Shown: positions 11,501-20,908, counted from the first letter of the stretch. The stretch: DNA of 64,000 nucleotides from an uncultured Bifidobacteriaceae bacterium (GCA_964619705.1 CAZUGF010000004.1:25481-89480); one strand, 5' to 3'. The notes: generated by a model from the sequence alone, not told the origin. A program made the numbers and translations.

Positions 11501-13068
11501 CCTTCGCGTTCATCCTGGGCGTGATGCCGCTGGCGCTCGCGACGGGGGCCGGCGCGGCGGCGCGCAACTCCGTCGGCACGGCGGTGGCCGGCGGCATGCT
11601 GGCCTCGACGTTCCTGGCCATCATCTTCATCCCGGTGCTCTACGTGATCCTGCGCACGCTGGTGCCGGGCCGCGCGCACCGCGGCCATGACGAGGACGAG
11701 GACGAGGGACCGGAGACCGGCGGCCACGGGCCCGCGCTCGGGGCGGCCGGCGCCGCCCTCCTGCTGGCCCTCGCCGCCGGCACGCCGGCGATGGCGCAGC
11801 CCCTGACGCAGGCCGCGTTCCAGGCGGGGATGCAGCCGGCGCCAGCCGCGGCGCAGGCGTCACCCGATCCGGCGCCGGAGGCGCTCTCGTTCGACGAGGC
11901 GGTGGCGCGTGCGGTGGCCAACAACCCGACCGTGCAGATTGCCGCGACGAGCGTGCTCCGGGCGGAGGCGATCCTGCAGCAGGTGCGGGCCGGCACGCTC
12001 CCCGCCGTCACGGCGTCCTTCAGCAACACCACGATCGACGGCGCCCGCGGCTTCGACGACCTGGTGACGCAGCCGCAGAACCAGTCACTCATCGCGGGCA
12101 CGGTGTCCATGCCGGTGCTCGCGGCGTCGCGGTGGGCCGCGCGGGCGCAGCAGGGCGATCGCATCGCGCTGGCGCAGCTCAACACGGCCGACGTGCGGCG
12201 GCAGATTGCCGTCTCCGCCGCCACGGCGTATCTGGCCATCATCACGCAGAAGCGGCAGGTCGAGGTGCAGGAGCGTGCCCTCGAGACCTCGCGCGCGCAG
12301 CTCGATTACAACCAGAAGCGGCTCGAGGGCGGCATCGGCAGCCGGCTGAACGCACTCCGGGCCGGGCAGGTGGCGGCCACCGACGAGAGCCTGCTGGAAC
12401 TGGCGCGCCTCAACGTGCGCCGCTCGCAGGAGGCGCTCGGCGTCCTCCTCGGCGAGGACCGGCCCATCGACGCGACGAGCGAGCCGGCCTTCGAGATTCC
12501 CGTCATCGGCGAGGAGTCGGAGTGGATGCCCACGCGTCCGGACATCCAGTTCTTCACCGCCGACCAGCGCCTCAACGAGCGCATCGTGCGCGACAGCTCG
12601 AAGGACTGGTGGCCGACGGCCAGCGTCTCCTTCGACCCGCAGTACGTGACGCCGGCCGGCCTCTTCCAACCCTCGCGGACCTGGCGGCTGACGCTCAGCG
12701 CCGTGCAGCCCATCTTCGACGGCGGCGAGCGCCGGGGCCTGCGGCGGCAGCGCGAGGCCGACCTGCGGGCGAGCGCGCTCACGCTGCAGCAGCGGGAGAT
12801 CCAGGCGCGCGCCGAGGTGCGCAACGCGCGGGCGGCGGTGGAGTTCAACGAGCGGGCCCTGGCAAGCGCGCGGCTGGCCGCGCAGAACGCCAACGAAGTG
12901 CTCCAGATCACCATCCTCGCCTTCGACGCCGGCGCGTCCACGAACATCGAGGTGATCGATGCGCAGCGATCCGCCCGGGACCTGGAGACCGTGGTGACGC
13001 AGACGGAGGATCGCGTCCGCCAGGCGCGGCTGGACCTGCTGGTCGCGCTCGGGCGGTTCCCGCAGTAG
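8581..13068 (+). CDS. RND (HAE1/AcrB-like) inner-membrane permease fused in frame to a TolC-like outer-membrane factor
   Basis: One uninterrupted 1495-codon ORF. Residues 1 to about 1030 are AcrB-like (MLADVFIKRPVLSTV..., 12 TM, two large periplasmic loops). Residues about 1075-1495 are OMF-like (SFDEAVARAVANNPTVQIA..., duplicated coiled halves). The junction has an acidic linker HRGHDEDEDEGPETGG followed by the signal-peptide-like ALGAAGAALLLALAAGTPAMA-QP (nt 11734-11796). Confidence 0.85.
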   Translation: MLADVFIKRPVLSTVCSLIIILAGAISIPTLPIARYPELAPPAVSVTAFYTGANAQTVESAVTTPLEQAINGVEGMLYMQSSSTNSGMSTITVTFDISRDQDLAAVDVQNRVNSALGRMPADVRTNGIIVTKVTAGFMGGLGFFSQDNRYSNQFISNYLDLYVRDAIKRVPGVGDVIIFGERRFAMRLWLDPTKLASRRLTAGDVLNALREQNVQVAAGALGDQPAEPGQMFTISVRAMGRLTEVSEFENVVVQAGPDGALVRVSDIGRVELGAEQYAANLRFLGLEASGIGITLLPSANALDVYDGVMEVMARLEPSFPPALEWRMAFDNVSVVRESISEVVWTLGEAIVLVIIVMFLFLQNWRSTIIPAVTIPVSLIGTFAFIRLFDFSINTLTLFGIVLATGIVVDDAIVVIENIERHMHDYKKSARRAALDAMREVFGAVIVIGIVLVSVFVPVAFFPGVTGRLYQQFSLTIAFAVLLSVFNAVTLTPALAALLLDRESHTHGRFFTLVNRVIDGGTHLYVRLLRGALRLRYAMVILFVGLLWVTWTLFQVLPAAFVPEEDEGYFITVVQAPAGASLEYSTEIAKQAEAILFADPDIAAAFSVMGFSFSGAAPNNGLIFVRLKDYIERPGADHSLRAVLNRVSGPLFMIPGAIVVAFPPPPIQGLSTFGGFQFEVLDQTNSTDINQLAGATFGLIGAGNQSGRVQGLFSSFRADDPQLIVDIDRDRAQSLGLPIREVTDALQVFLGSSYVNDFDFNNRAYRVYAQADQQFRETPTDLKQLYARAMDGTMVPLDTVVRLHEVTSPQVISHFNLFRSAQITGNAAPGQSSGQALQAMEELARETLPAGFDFAWSGQSFEEIKSGAQAGLIFALSVMLVYLVLAAQYESWVLPFIILLGVPLAVLGALSAQLVRGLANDVFCQVGLVLLVGLAAKNSILIVEFAEQMRERGMSIFDAAVEAARIRLRPILMTSFAFILGVMPLALATGAGAAARNSVGTAVAGGMLASTFLAIIFIPVLYVILRTLVPGRAHRGHDEDEDEGPETGGHGPALGAAGAALLLALAAGTPAMAQPLTQAAFQAGMQPAPAAAQASPDPAPEALSFDEAVARAVANNPTVQIAATSVLRAEAILQQVRAGTLPAVTASFSNTTIDGARGFDDLVTQPQNQSLIAGTVSMPVLAASRWAARAQQGDRIALAQLNTADVRRQIAVSAATAYLAIITQKRQVEVQERALETSRAQLDYNQKRLEGGIGSRLNALRAGQVAATDESLLELARLNVRRSQEALGVLLGEDRPIDATSEPAFEIPVIGEESEWMPTRPDIQFFTADQRLNERIVRDSSKDWWPTASVSFDPQYVTPAGLFQPSRTWRLTLSAVQPIFDGGERRGLRRQREADLRASALTLQQREIQARAEVRNARAAVEFNERALASARLAAQNANEVLQITILAFDAGASTNIEVIDAQRSARDLETVVTQTEDRVRQARLDLLVALGRFPQ

Positions 13069-13248
13069 GGACCGCGCCGATCAGGGCGCGATGAAGGGAA
13101 GGCCGCAGCGCTCGAGGATGCCGGAGTCGATCTGGAGGAGCCGCTCGCCCCAGATCAGCGCGCGGTCGTGGTCCCCGAGCTTCGCGTAGCGAGATACGCA
13201 GGTGCGTTTCGCCCGATGGGCCAGCCGGAGCGCGGGTAGTATGGACCG

Positions 13249-14304
13249 ATGACACGACCGGGCCACGACCGCTTCGGCCAGTTGCTCTTCTACGGGATCG
13301 TGCTCCTGGTGGCCTACCTGGCCTACATCGTCATTCAGCCCTTCCTGGCGTCGCTGGCCTGGGCCGCGATCTTTGCCACGAGCCTGAACTCGGTGCAGCA
13401 GCGGTTTGCGGCCCGGATCGGTGCCGGGCGAGCGGCACTCGCGACGACGGCCCTGGCGGCCGCGCTCATCGTCGGACCGGTCGCGACGCTTGTGTCCATG
13501 CTGGCTGCCGACGTGCCCAAGGTCATCGACTTCGTCCAGGGCCTGCCCCAGCATGCGACGCCCGAGCGGATCCAGGAGGTCTGGGACATCATCCGGGATC
13601 GCAGCGCCATCGAACTCCCCGCGGATCCGACAGCGCTGCTGCAACAGGCGGCCCAGGCCGTGCTGACCTACATCGCGCCGCGGCTGGGCGGTCTGGCGGC
13701 CAACCTCGCCTCGATCGTCGGGAGCCTCTTCGTCATGCTCTTCGCGCTCTTCTTCCTCCTGCGCGATGCCGACGGTGTCGCCCGCATGGTGCGGCGCCTG
13801 CTGCCGTTCCCGATGGACGAGCGGGAGCGGCTGATCACGGAGACGCGCGACCTGGTCGTGGCCGGCGTCGGCGCGGCGCTCACGGTGGCCGTGGTCCAGG
13901 GCATTGTCGGGGCCATCTCGTTCTGGGCCCTTGGCGTGGCCGTACCCGCGGCCTGGGGCGCGGCGATTGCCGTGTGCTCGCTCATCCCCGTCGTGGGGAC
14001 GACGCTGGTCTGGCTGCCGGTCGCGGCGTGGTGGCTGCTGTCCGGCGAGATCGTGCGCGGCCTGATCCTCGTGGCGATCGGCGCCGGCGTGATCGGGCTC
14101 GTGGACAACGTGCTCCGGCCCGTCCTGCTGGCGGGACGGACGTCCGCGAACGGACTGGTCGTCTTCATCGGGCTGCTGGGCGGCGTGGCGGCGTTCGGGT
14201 TTGTCGGCCTGGTGCTCGGTCCCATCGTGCTCGTGATTGCCGGCAGCCTGGTCGACGCGCTGACGCGCGAGCGGCGGGCGCCGCAGAAGGCCGCGGTGGA
14301 GTAG
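13249..14304 (+). CDS. AI-2E family transporter (PerM/UPF0118)
   Basis: 351 aa with 7-8 TM. The characteristic C-terminal block is present (IPVVGTTLVWLPVAAWWLL..., GLVDNVLRPVLLAGR, VVFIGLLGGVAAFGFVGLVLGP). Confidence 0.85.
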   Translation: MTRPGHDRFGQLLFYGIVLLVAYLAYIVIQPFLASLAWAAIFATSLNSVQQRFAARIGAGRAALATTALAAALIVGPVATLVSMLAADVPKVIDFVQGLPQHATPERIQEVWDIIRDRSAIELPADPTALLQQAAQAVLTYIAPRLGGLAANLASIVGSLFVMLFALFFLLRDADGVARMVRRLLPFPMDERERLITETRDLVVAGVGAALTVAVVQGIVGAISFWALGVAVPAAWGAAIAVCSLIPVVGTTLVWLPVAAWWLLSGEIVRGLILVAIGAGVIGLVDNVLRPVLLAGRTSANGLVVFIGLLGGVAAFGFVGLVLGPIVLVIAGSLVDALTRERRAPQKAAVE

Positions 14305-14311
14305 CGCGGCG

Positions 14312-15853
14312 TCAGGGGCAGAGGTGCACGCCGGGGACGAGCACCTCGCCGTCCCCGCACGGCCGATCGCTGATCGTCGGCGCGCCGGCGGCGGCCGCCT
14401 CGTCCGCGTAGGCCCGAATCCGGATGAAGTCGTCGGCCGAGACGCGCACGCGCTCCCGTGCGAGGAACGTGACATGGTACGCGACCCTGAACGCGGACCA
14501 CGCGACGGGCACGCCGCGCCGTTCGAGCGCGGTGGCGATGGCCATGCGCTGATCGGCCGGCGGATCGACGAGATACTCCCGCCCGATCGCGACGACGTCG
14601 GCCGTGTTGAGCGCGCACCAGACAATCGCGGCGGCGGCCACGCCGGCCACGGCCGGCGGTGCGGTCCATCCGCGGAGGGCCATCATCAGCGCCCCGGGTA
14701 CGACGAAGACGGCCAGCAGGTTGTAGCGCAGCGTCTCCACGCGGATGTCGCTGCAGGCCGCAAACCCGTAGATGGCCGTGGAGATCAGGCCGGCGAGGAC
14801 GAGGTAGGCCGGGAACGCCGCCGGGCGCGGCGCATCGTGGGCCGGCACCGTGGGCCCGGCGGCCCGGCGTCCGGCGGCCGCGTGCCGCACGCCGGCGGCG
14901 AGGCCCGTCAGCGTGAGCACGGCGGCCCACGGGAACATGCCGGCCGTGCCCGACCAGCCGCGGGCGAGGATGCCGTAGTCGCTGAGGGGCGCCGCCAGGC
15001 CGCCGGTCAGCCGCGGGAGGTGGTTCCCGAACAGCAGCGCGGCGCGCGACGGCCACCGTGACGGATCGAGGCACACGCGACCGCTGAGGAGGTCCACGGT
15101 GCTGGCCAGGAGTGCGGGGTCCGTCCCCGTCGTGCCGGGACCGAGCGCGCTCGCGAACGGCTCCAGTGCCGCGGCCACCGCGCGGACGGCGAGCACCGCC
15201 GCCAGGGCGATGGACCAGCGGCGGACGACGCGCGGAATGTCCGGGCGTGCGCGCGCGCCGCCGGCGACCAGGCGCGCCAGGTCCATGGCGGCAATCGCCA
15301 TCGCGCCGTAGAACGTGAACTCCCGATGGAGGCCTCCCACGCCCAGGACGATGCCGAAGACCCAGGGCCGCGCGCGCGCCGCCCAGAGCAGCAGGATGTA
15401 CAGCAGGGGCTCCACGTTCCCGCCGTTGGCGTCCACGACGCGCGCGGCGACGCCGGCCGCCGGGAGCGCAAGCGGGAGGACGGCGACGGCCGCCAGGGCC
15501 GGCCGGAGCCCGGCGTCGCGGACCGCGAGGCGCAGCAGGAGCAGCACCGCGCCGATGTTGATGGCGACGAGCGGCGTCTTGAGCGCCATGACCGTCGGGC
15601 CGAGCAGCAGCATCACGGGTGCCGCCATCCACGCCTCGACGGCGAGCATGTAGCGCTGCCCGTAGAAGTAGAGGGGAAAGGCTCGCCCCTCGCTGACGTG
15701 CTTCGCCATCAGTCCGACGGTGCCCTGGTCGGCGTCGAACTGCGCGCCGGGCCACCACACGAACGGCCAGGCCCGGAGCAGGACCAGCGCGGACAGCACG
15801 GCGATGACCGCGAGCCATTCGGAGCGGCGTGACACTGGATGTGAGGATAACAA
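14312..15853 (-). CDS. Polytopic membrane protein, possibly GT-C/ArnT-PMT-like glycosyltransferase
   Basis: 513 aa with at least 10 hydrophobic segments and a soluble C-terminal domain. The N-terminal layout (DQGTVGLMAKH...PLYFYGQRYM) is reminiscent of GT39/GT83-type enzymes. The family assignment is tentative. Confidence 0.45.
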   Translation of the reverse strand: MLSSHPVSRRSEWLAVIAVLSALVLLRAWPFVWWPGAQFDADQGTVGLMAKHVSEGRAFPLYFYGQRYMLAVEAWMAAPVMLLLGPTVMALKTPLVAINIGAVLLLLRLAVRDAGLRPALAAVAVLPLALPAAGVAARVVDANGGNVEPLLYILLLWAARARPWVFGIVLGVGGLHREFTFYGAMAIAAMDLARLVAGGARARPDIPRVVRRWSIALAAVLAVRAVAAALEPFASALGPGTTGTDPALLASTVDLLSGRVCLDPSRWPSRAALLFGNHLPRLTGGLAAPLSDYGILARGWSGTAGMFPWAAVLTLTGLAAGVRHAAAGRRAAGPTVPAHDAPRPAAFPAYLVLAGLISTAIYGFAACSDIRVETLRYNLLAVFVVPGALMMALRGWTAPPAVAGVAAAAIVWCALNTADVVAIGREYLVDPPADQRMAIATALERRGVPVAWSAFRVAYHVTFLARERVRVSADDFIRIRAYADEAAAAGAPTISDRPCGDGEVLVPGVHLCP

Positions 15854-15889
15854 CAGACGCGCGGCCGGACACCGTAGAATGACGGCCTG

Positions 15890-18112
15890 ATGCCCGCGCT
15901 CTCGCGCCGGGAGGCCGGCCTCATCGCCGGTGTCGCGATCGTGCTCGCCCTGTGGACGGGCCTGTCGCGTGGATCGGCCATGCCGCCCGTGTCACCCATG
16001 GGCGATCAGCCCACCTACAGCGTTGCGGATCCGCCAGCCGTTGTCCTGATCGAGCCCGTGCTGCACGCGCCGTGGCTCGGACACGTGCCACCGGCCGCCG
16101 CGTCGGCCGCCGCGGTGATCGTGCTCCTCGCCGGCGTGACGGCGGGCCTCGCGGCCGGCGCATCGCCGCTCGCGGCCGTGCTCATCGTCTGCGTGATGGC
16201 AGCCGACCGCGCCTTTGCCGCCGTGCTGGGGCATGGCGGGTGGATGGCCCTCTCGATTGGCGCCATCTGGGCGGCGATGTCCCTTGCCGTGCTCGGCGGG
16301 CTCAGCGGCAGACGCGCGCGCGGCGCCGCGCACCGCTGGGGAGTCCCGCTCGGCGTCGTCGCGGCGTGGGTGCTGGCCGTGTGGTGGTGCTGGTTGTCGC
16401 TGGCGGCGTGGCCCGTGGTCGCGGCGGGGCTGTGGCGCATCGATGACCGCACCGTCAGGTGGACGGCCATCGGGCTCTCCGTGGTGCTCGGCGGGGCGGC
16501 CTTCATGGCGTACTTCGCGTCCATGGCGGCGCACGCGCAGTCGCTGTCGTTCATGCCGGGCTCGCTGTTCGACTGGCGAGACACGCTGGACGTGGCGTTC
16601 GACGCGCGCCCGCGCGTCCCGCCGGACAGTTACGTACCGCCGGCGGTCTCCACGCGCCTGCCGCACCTCGTGGTGTTCCTCATCGCGGTGGGCGGAGCGA
16701 CGGCCGCGCTGCCGAAGGGCGGACGCCGGTCGCTCGCGATCGCCGGCCTCCTGGTGCTCGGCCTTGTCCTCGCGTGGCCCGTGTGGCGCGCGGAGGCCAT
16801 CCGCTTCGCCCTGTGGACGGCCGCGCCGCTGGCGGCAGCCGGACTCACCCGGATGGCCGCGAGCCCGGGACGTCCACGCCTCGGCATGGCCATCGCCGTC
16901 GCGCTCGCCGTGGTGATGGGTGCGGAACGCGTGGCGACCGGGGCGCGCCCGCTGGCCGCGGACGACGCCCGCGGGTTCCGGGATGCACTGCAGCACGCCG
17001 TGGAGTCCCGCGGGGATGGTCCGGTGGCGCTGGTGGCCGAGGATACGCGCATCGACTCCGCCATCGTGTCGTGGATGCCGTCGCGCACGGGCACCTCGCG
17101 CCTCGTCACGGACGGCGCCGTCGTCGCGGCCGCCGCGGAGGACGGACGAGAGGTCCTGGCTGGATGGGGCGCACGCCGGCAGCTGCAGCTCCAGGGGCTG
17201 CACTTCGCCACGCGCGTGGACATCACCGATCCGCTGCCGTACACGCTGTCGTCGGTGGACGCCGCCTACCGCTGCACGCTGGTGCGGTCCGACAGGTGGA
17301 ACATGCTCCCGGGCCTCGAGTACACCGGCCGCCTCGGGATTCAACTGCCGCCCGCCCTGGCCGGCGAGCTCCGGGTCGTCGTCGGCGATACGCTGCCGCT
17401 CCGGCTGCGGACCTCGATGGCGGATGGCCGGCCGTTCCCCGCGAGGCTGGAGATGCTGCTGAGCGGCCCCGCGGCGTCCGCCCCGCCGGCCGACTACTGG
17501 CTCGATGGCGGCGCGCCGGAGGCGGCCCCGGACCGCGTGTCCCTCGTGCACATCGCGCCGCACCCGGTCCTGACGACGCTGGTCAGCCTGCACCTCGGTC
17601 GGCGATCGCCGCACGTGCTGGCCAGGCTTGACGGGTACTCACCATCCGCGCGCGCGCGCATCTGCGCGGCGCCGGTGGCACCGGACCTGGCCACGGCCCG
17701 TGACGTGGACACGGTGGTCCCGCTCGCGGAGGACGGGTACTTCGGGACCGGCTGGTATGGCGTGGAGGGGCAGGACGCGGATCGCTTCCGCTGGGCCGAC
17801 ATGGACGCGGTGGTCCTCGTTCCCGTGACGTCGCGAGGACCGGTGGCCATCGAACTCGTGGCGTCGCCCGCGGACATGTCCGGCCCGGCGGCGATCACGC
17901 TGACGGTGAACGGGATCCCGCTCTCCTCGTCCCGGCCGATGGCGCCGGGGCCGCACGCGCACACGTGGACGGTGCCGGCGGGGACCTGGCTGGCGGGCGT
18001 CAACGAGCTGTGGTTCCACGTATCGCGCGCGGTGCGGCCCGCGGACACGGGCGGCACCGACACGCGTTCGCTGGCCATGGCCGTCACGCGGCTCACCGTC
18101 ACGGCGCAGTGA
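15890..18112 (+). CDS. Large polytopic membrane protein with C-terminal extracytoplasmic beta-rich domain, function unknown
   Basis: 740 aa. The N-terminal ~330 aa has many TM helices. The C-terminal region has GWYGVEGQDADRFRWADMDAVVLVP..., as seen in tails of uncharacterised membrane glycosyltransferase-like proteins. It is divergent (37-bp gap) from 14312-15853. Confidence 0.5.
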   Translation: MPALSRREAGLIAGVAIVLALWTGLSRGSAMPPVSPMGDQPTYSVADPPAVVLIEPVLHAPWLGHVPPAAASAAAVIVLLAGVTAGLAAGASPLAAVLIVCVMAADRAFAAVLGHGGWMALSIGAIWAAMSLAVLGGLSGRRARGAAHRWGVPLGVVAAWVLAVWWCWLSLAAWPVVAAGLWRIDDRTVRWTAIGLSVVLGGAAFMAYFASMAAHAQSLSFMPGSLFDWRDTLDVAFDARPRVPPDSYVPPAVSTRLPHLVVFLIAVGGATAALPKGGRRSLAIAGLLVLGLVLAWPVWRAEAIRFALWTAAPLAAAGLTRMAASPGRPRLGMAIAVALAVVMGAERVATGARPLAADDARGFRDALQHAVESRGDGPVALVAEDTRIDSAIVSWMPSRTGTSRLVTDGAVVAAAAEDGREVLAGWGARRQLQLQGLHFATRVDITDPLPYTLSSVDAAYRCTLVRSDRWNMLPGLEYTGRLGIQLPPALAGELRVVVGDTLPLRLRTSMADGRPFPARLEMLLSGPAASAPPADYWLDGGAPEAAPDRVSLVHIAPHPVLTTLVSLHLGRRSPHVLARLDGYSPSARARICAAPVAPDLATARDVDTVVPLAEDGYFGTGWYGVEGQDADRFRWADMDAVVLVPVTSRGPVAIELVASPADMSGPAAITLTVNGIPLSSSRPMAPGPHAHTWTVPAGTWLAGVNELWFHVSRAVRPADTGGTDTRSLAMAVTRLTVTAQ

Positions 18113-18176
18113 GGATCGCCGATCGGCGACGGCGGTCACCGCGCCGCGCGATCCATCCGCGCCCGCGGCGGCCTGC

Positions 18177-18602
18177 TCAGGGGATGGAGACGAGCTCCAC
18201 TTCGAAGAGGATCGTCGCGTTCGGGGGAATCGGGCCGCTGCCGGACGACCCGTAGGCCAGTTCCGGCGGGATGACGATGCGGCGGAGGCCGCCGACGCGC
18301 ATGCCGGGGATGCCCTGGTCCCATCCGCGAATGACGCTGCCGGCTCCCAGCACGAACTGATAGCGGTTCGATTCGAACTGCGCGCCCTTGTTCTCGGCGG
18401 CCGTGTTGCTGTACAGCCACCCCGTGTAGTTGACGGTGAGCGCCTGTCCCGGTACGGCCGTGGCGCCGGTCCCGACACGCAGGTCCGTCGTGCTGAACGG
18501 CGCCGATCCGGTGGGCGGGGTGGAAGGGGACGTCGGCGAGTCCCCGCCGCACGCGGCGGCGAGCGAGACGGCCAGCAGGGCAACGAGCAGTCGTGTGTGC
18601 AT
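18177..18602 (-). CDS. FKBP-type peptidyl-prolyl cis-trans isomerase, lipoprotein
   Basis: Lipobox LAAAC. FKBP core present (VNYTGWL, FVLGAGSVIRGWDQGIPGMRVGGLRRIVIPPELAYG, ILFEVELV). Confidence 0.93.
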   Translation of the reverse strand: MHTRLLVALLAVSLAAACGGDSPTSPSTPPTGSAPFSTTDLRVGTGATAVPGQALTVNYTGWLYSNTAAENKGAQFESNRYQFVLGAGSVIRGWDQGIPGMRVGGLRRIVIPPELAYGSSGSGPIPPNATILFEVELVSIP

Positions 18603-18640
18603 AAGTGTCTGAAGCAGGCGCTCGTCCGATCATAAACGAA

Positions 18641-18670
18641 GGGCGGCGCGGGAGTTCCTCCCGGCCGCCC
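18641..18670 (-). terminator. Intrinsic terminator-like hairpin after glnN
   Basis: GGGCGGC-G-CGGGA-gttcc-TCCCG-GCCGCCC. On the minus strand it is followed by TTCGTTTAT. It lies between the glnN stop (18698) and the FKBP gene start (18602). Confidence 0.55.
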
Positions 18671-18697
18671 TCGAAGCGCTGGCGCCGGACCCGGCGC

Positions 18698-20908
18698 CTA
18701 CTTGACGAACAGCATCTCGCGATAGGTCGGCAGCGGGTAGATCTCGTGCGGGATCACGACCTCCAGCTGATCGCCGAGGTCGCGCAGCGCGGCCATGGCC
18801 GGGACGATGGTGTCCCGCATGTACTTCGCGTGCCGGGCGGCCGAGCTGCTCGAGTGGTCCAGTGCGGCGGCCAGCGCATCCGTCCGGCTGCGGAACCGGT
18901 CCACCAGCCCGACGATGCGGCCGAGGTGCTTGGTGCCTTCGCGGCTGGGGACGCCGCCGGCCTTGGCGGCGGCCACGGCCTCGCCCACGCGCCGCTGGAA
19001 CTCCAGGGCCGCCGGCAGCAGGTAGCGGTTGGCCATCAGGACCATCAGCTGGGCCTCGACGTTGATGGTCTTGGCGTAGCTCTCCAGGTTGATCTCGCAC
19101 CGCGCGTGCAGTTCGCGCTCGGTGAGCACCTTGTACTGCGAGAACAGGCGGACCACCGCCGGCTTGACGATCTCCGGCAGCGCGTCCACGGTGTTCTTGA
19201 GGTTGAGCAGCCCGCGCCGGCCGGCCTCCTTCTGCCACTCATCGGCGTAGCCGTTGCCGTTGAAGATGATCCGCTTGTGCGCCTTGATCGTCTTCTGCAG
19301 CAGCGCGCCCACCGCCTCGTTGAAGCGCTCCCGGCGCGTGCCGGCCTTCCGTCTGCCGCCGGGGCCCGCTTCCATCATCGCTTCCAGTTCCGTGGCGAGC
19401 ACGTCCAGCGACTCGGCCACGGCCAGGTTCAGGCAGGTGGCGGAGAAGGCCACGCTCTGGCTCGACCCGACCGCGCGGAACTCGAACTTGTTGCCGGTGA
19501 ACGCGAAGGGCGACGTGCGGTTGCGATCCCCCGCGTCGCGCGGCAGCTTCGGCAGGACGGAGACGCCGATGTCCAGGAGGCCGCCGTTCTTCGAGCGCTT
19601 GGCGCGCCCCGTCTCCACCTGCTCGAAGACGTCCGTCAGCATGTCGCCGAGGAAGACCGACAGGATGGCCGGCGGCGCCTCGTTGGCGCCCAGGCGGTGA
19701 TCGTTGCCGGCGTGGGCAATCGTCATCCGCAGCAGCCCCTGGAACGTGTCCACCGCGCGGATGACGGCCGCGCAGAAGAACAGGAACTGCATGTTGTCGT
19801 GCGGCGTGTCGCCCGGGTTGAGCAGGTTGTTGCCGAGGTCGTCGCAGATGCTCCAGTTGAGGTGCTTGCCCGAGCCGTTGACGCCGGCAAACGGCTTCTC
19901 GTGCGTCAGGCATGCCAGGCCGAAGCGCGGCGCCACGCGCTTGAGCGTCTCCATCGTCATCATCTGGTGATCGACGGCGACGTTGGCGCTCTCGAAGATC
20001 GGCGCGACCTCGTACTGCGACGGCGCCACCTCGTTGTGGCGTGTCCGGATGGGCACGCCCACGCGGTAGAGCTCCGCCTCGACCTCGGCCATGCACGCGA
20101 GCACGCGCTCGGGAATGGCGCCGAAGTACTGATCCTCCAGCTCCTGCCCCTTGGGCGGGCGCGCGCCGAAGAGCGTGCGCCCGGCGTTGATGAGGTCCGG
20201 ACGCGCGAAGTAGAAGTGGCGATCGATGAGGAAGTACTCCTGCTCCGGCCCGCAGGTGGACGTGACGCGCGTCGCGCTCGACCCGAAGAGCCGGAGGACG
20301 CGGACGGCCTGCGCGGAGAGCACTTCCATCGAGCGCAGGAGCGGCGTCTTCTTGTCCAGGGCCTCGCCGGTCCAGCTCACGAAGGCGGTCGGGATGACCA
20401 GGGTGGTGCTGTTGCCGTTGTCGAGCAGCCACGGCGCGCTCGTCGGGTCCCACGCCGTGTAGCCGCGCGCCTCGAAGGTGCTGCGCATGCCGCCGGACGG
20501 GAAGCTCGAGGCATCCGGCTCGCCGCGCACGAGCTCCCGGCCGCTGAACTCGGCCACCGCGCGGCCGTCACCGGTCGGCGCGTAGAAGCTGTCGTGCTTC
20601 TCCGCGGTGATGCCGGTCATGGGCTGGAACCAGTGCGTGAAGTGCGAGGCGCCGTGCTCGACGGCCCAGTCCTTGAGCGCCGTCGCCACGGCGTCGGCCG
20701 TGGAGATATCCAGCGGCTTGCCGTGCGTGATGGTGTCCCGCAGGGACTTGTACACCGGGCGGGGGAGCCGGGCCTGCTGGACCTGGTCGGTGAACGCGCG
20801 CGACCCGAAGATCTCGCCGACGTTCACGGGCGCGCTCAACTGCTGCATGCCCTTCCGTGCCCATTCGTCGATGCCCTTGATCGCCTCACCCAGCGCTGCG
20901 GATCCCAT
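18698..20908 (-). CDS. glnN: Glutamine synthetase type III
   Basis: 736 aa, the length typical of GSIII. N-terminal [10 protein letters not shown]...LPRPVYKSL and [11 protein letters not shown], with a central GS catalytic region ([21 protein letters not shown]). Confidence 0.93.
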   Translation of the reverse strand: MGSAALGEAIKGIDEWARKGMQQLSAPVNVGEIFGSRAFTDQVQQARLPRPVYKSLRDTITHGKPLDISTADAVATALKDWAVEHGASHFTHWFQPMTGITAEKHDSFYAPTGDGRAVAEFSGRELVRGEPDASSFPSGGMRSTFEARGYTAWDPTSAPWLLDNGNSTTLVIPTAFVSWTGEALDKKTPLLRSMEVLSAQAVRVLRLFGSSATRVTSTCGPEQEYFLIDRHFYFARPDLINAGRTLFGARPPKGQELEDQYFGAIPERVLACMAEVEAELYRVGVPIRTRHNEVAPSQYEVAPIFESANVAVDHQMMTMETLKRVAPRFGLACLTHEKPFAGVNGSGKHLNWSICDDLGNNLLNPGDTPHDNMQFLFFCAAVIRAVDTFQGLLRMTIAHAGNDHRLGANEAPPAILSVFLGDMLTDVFEQVETGRAKRSKNGGLLDIGVSVLPKLPRDAGDRNRTSPFAFTGNKFEFRAVGSSQSVAFSATCLNLAVAESLDVLATELEAMMEAGPGGRRKAGTRRERFNEAVGALLQKTIKAHKRIIFNGNGYADEWQKEAGRRGLLNLKNTVDALPEIVKPAVVRLFSQYKVLTERELHARCEINLESYAKTINVEAQLMVLMANRYLLPAALEFQRRVGEAVAAAKAGGVPSREGTKHLGRIVGLVDRFRSRTDALAAALDHSSSSAARHAKYMRDTIVPAMAALRDLGDQLEVVIPHEIYPLPTYREMLFVK

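Noticed and set aside
8575-11727. Very long antisense ORFs opposite real genes, for example 8575-11727 (-), 21985-25677 (-), 25598-27463 (-), 36014-38044 (-), 43259-45655 (-), 55321-57417 (-) and 18605-21040 (+).
   Set aside because: Their translations are dominated by Arg, Ala, Gly, Pro, His and Asp runs with no recognisable motifs. The opposite strand encodes clear conserved proteins. This is a typical stop-codon-poor shadow-frame artefact of very GC-rich DNA.
13081-13267. Possible small minus-strand gene ending ...YAKLGDHDRALIWGERLLQIDSGILERCGLPFIAP in the gap between the efflux ORF and the AI-2E transporter gene.
   Set aside because: The tail looks protein-like. However, the only candidate start is a GTG that would overlap the AI-2E gene start, there is no SD, and the rest of the long ORF (13081-14625) is clearly a shadow frame. 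The evidence is insufficient.
18116-18129. The 14-nt perfect palindrome TCGCCGATCGGCGA between the convergent genes 15890-18112 and 18177-18602.
   Set aside because: It is too short, and as a hairpin it would have only a 5-bp stem. It may be fortuitous in GC-rich DNA, so it is not called as a terminator.
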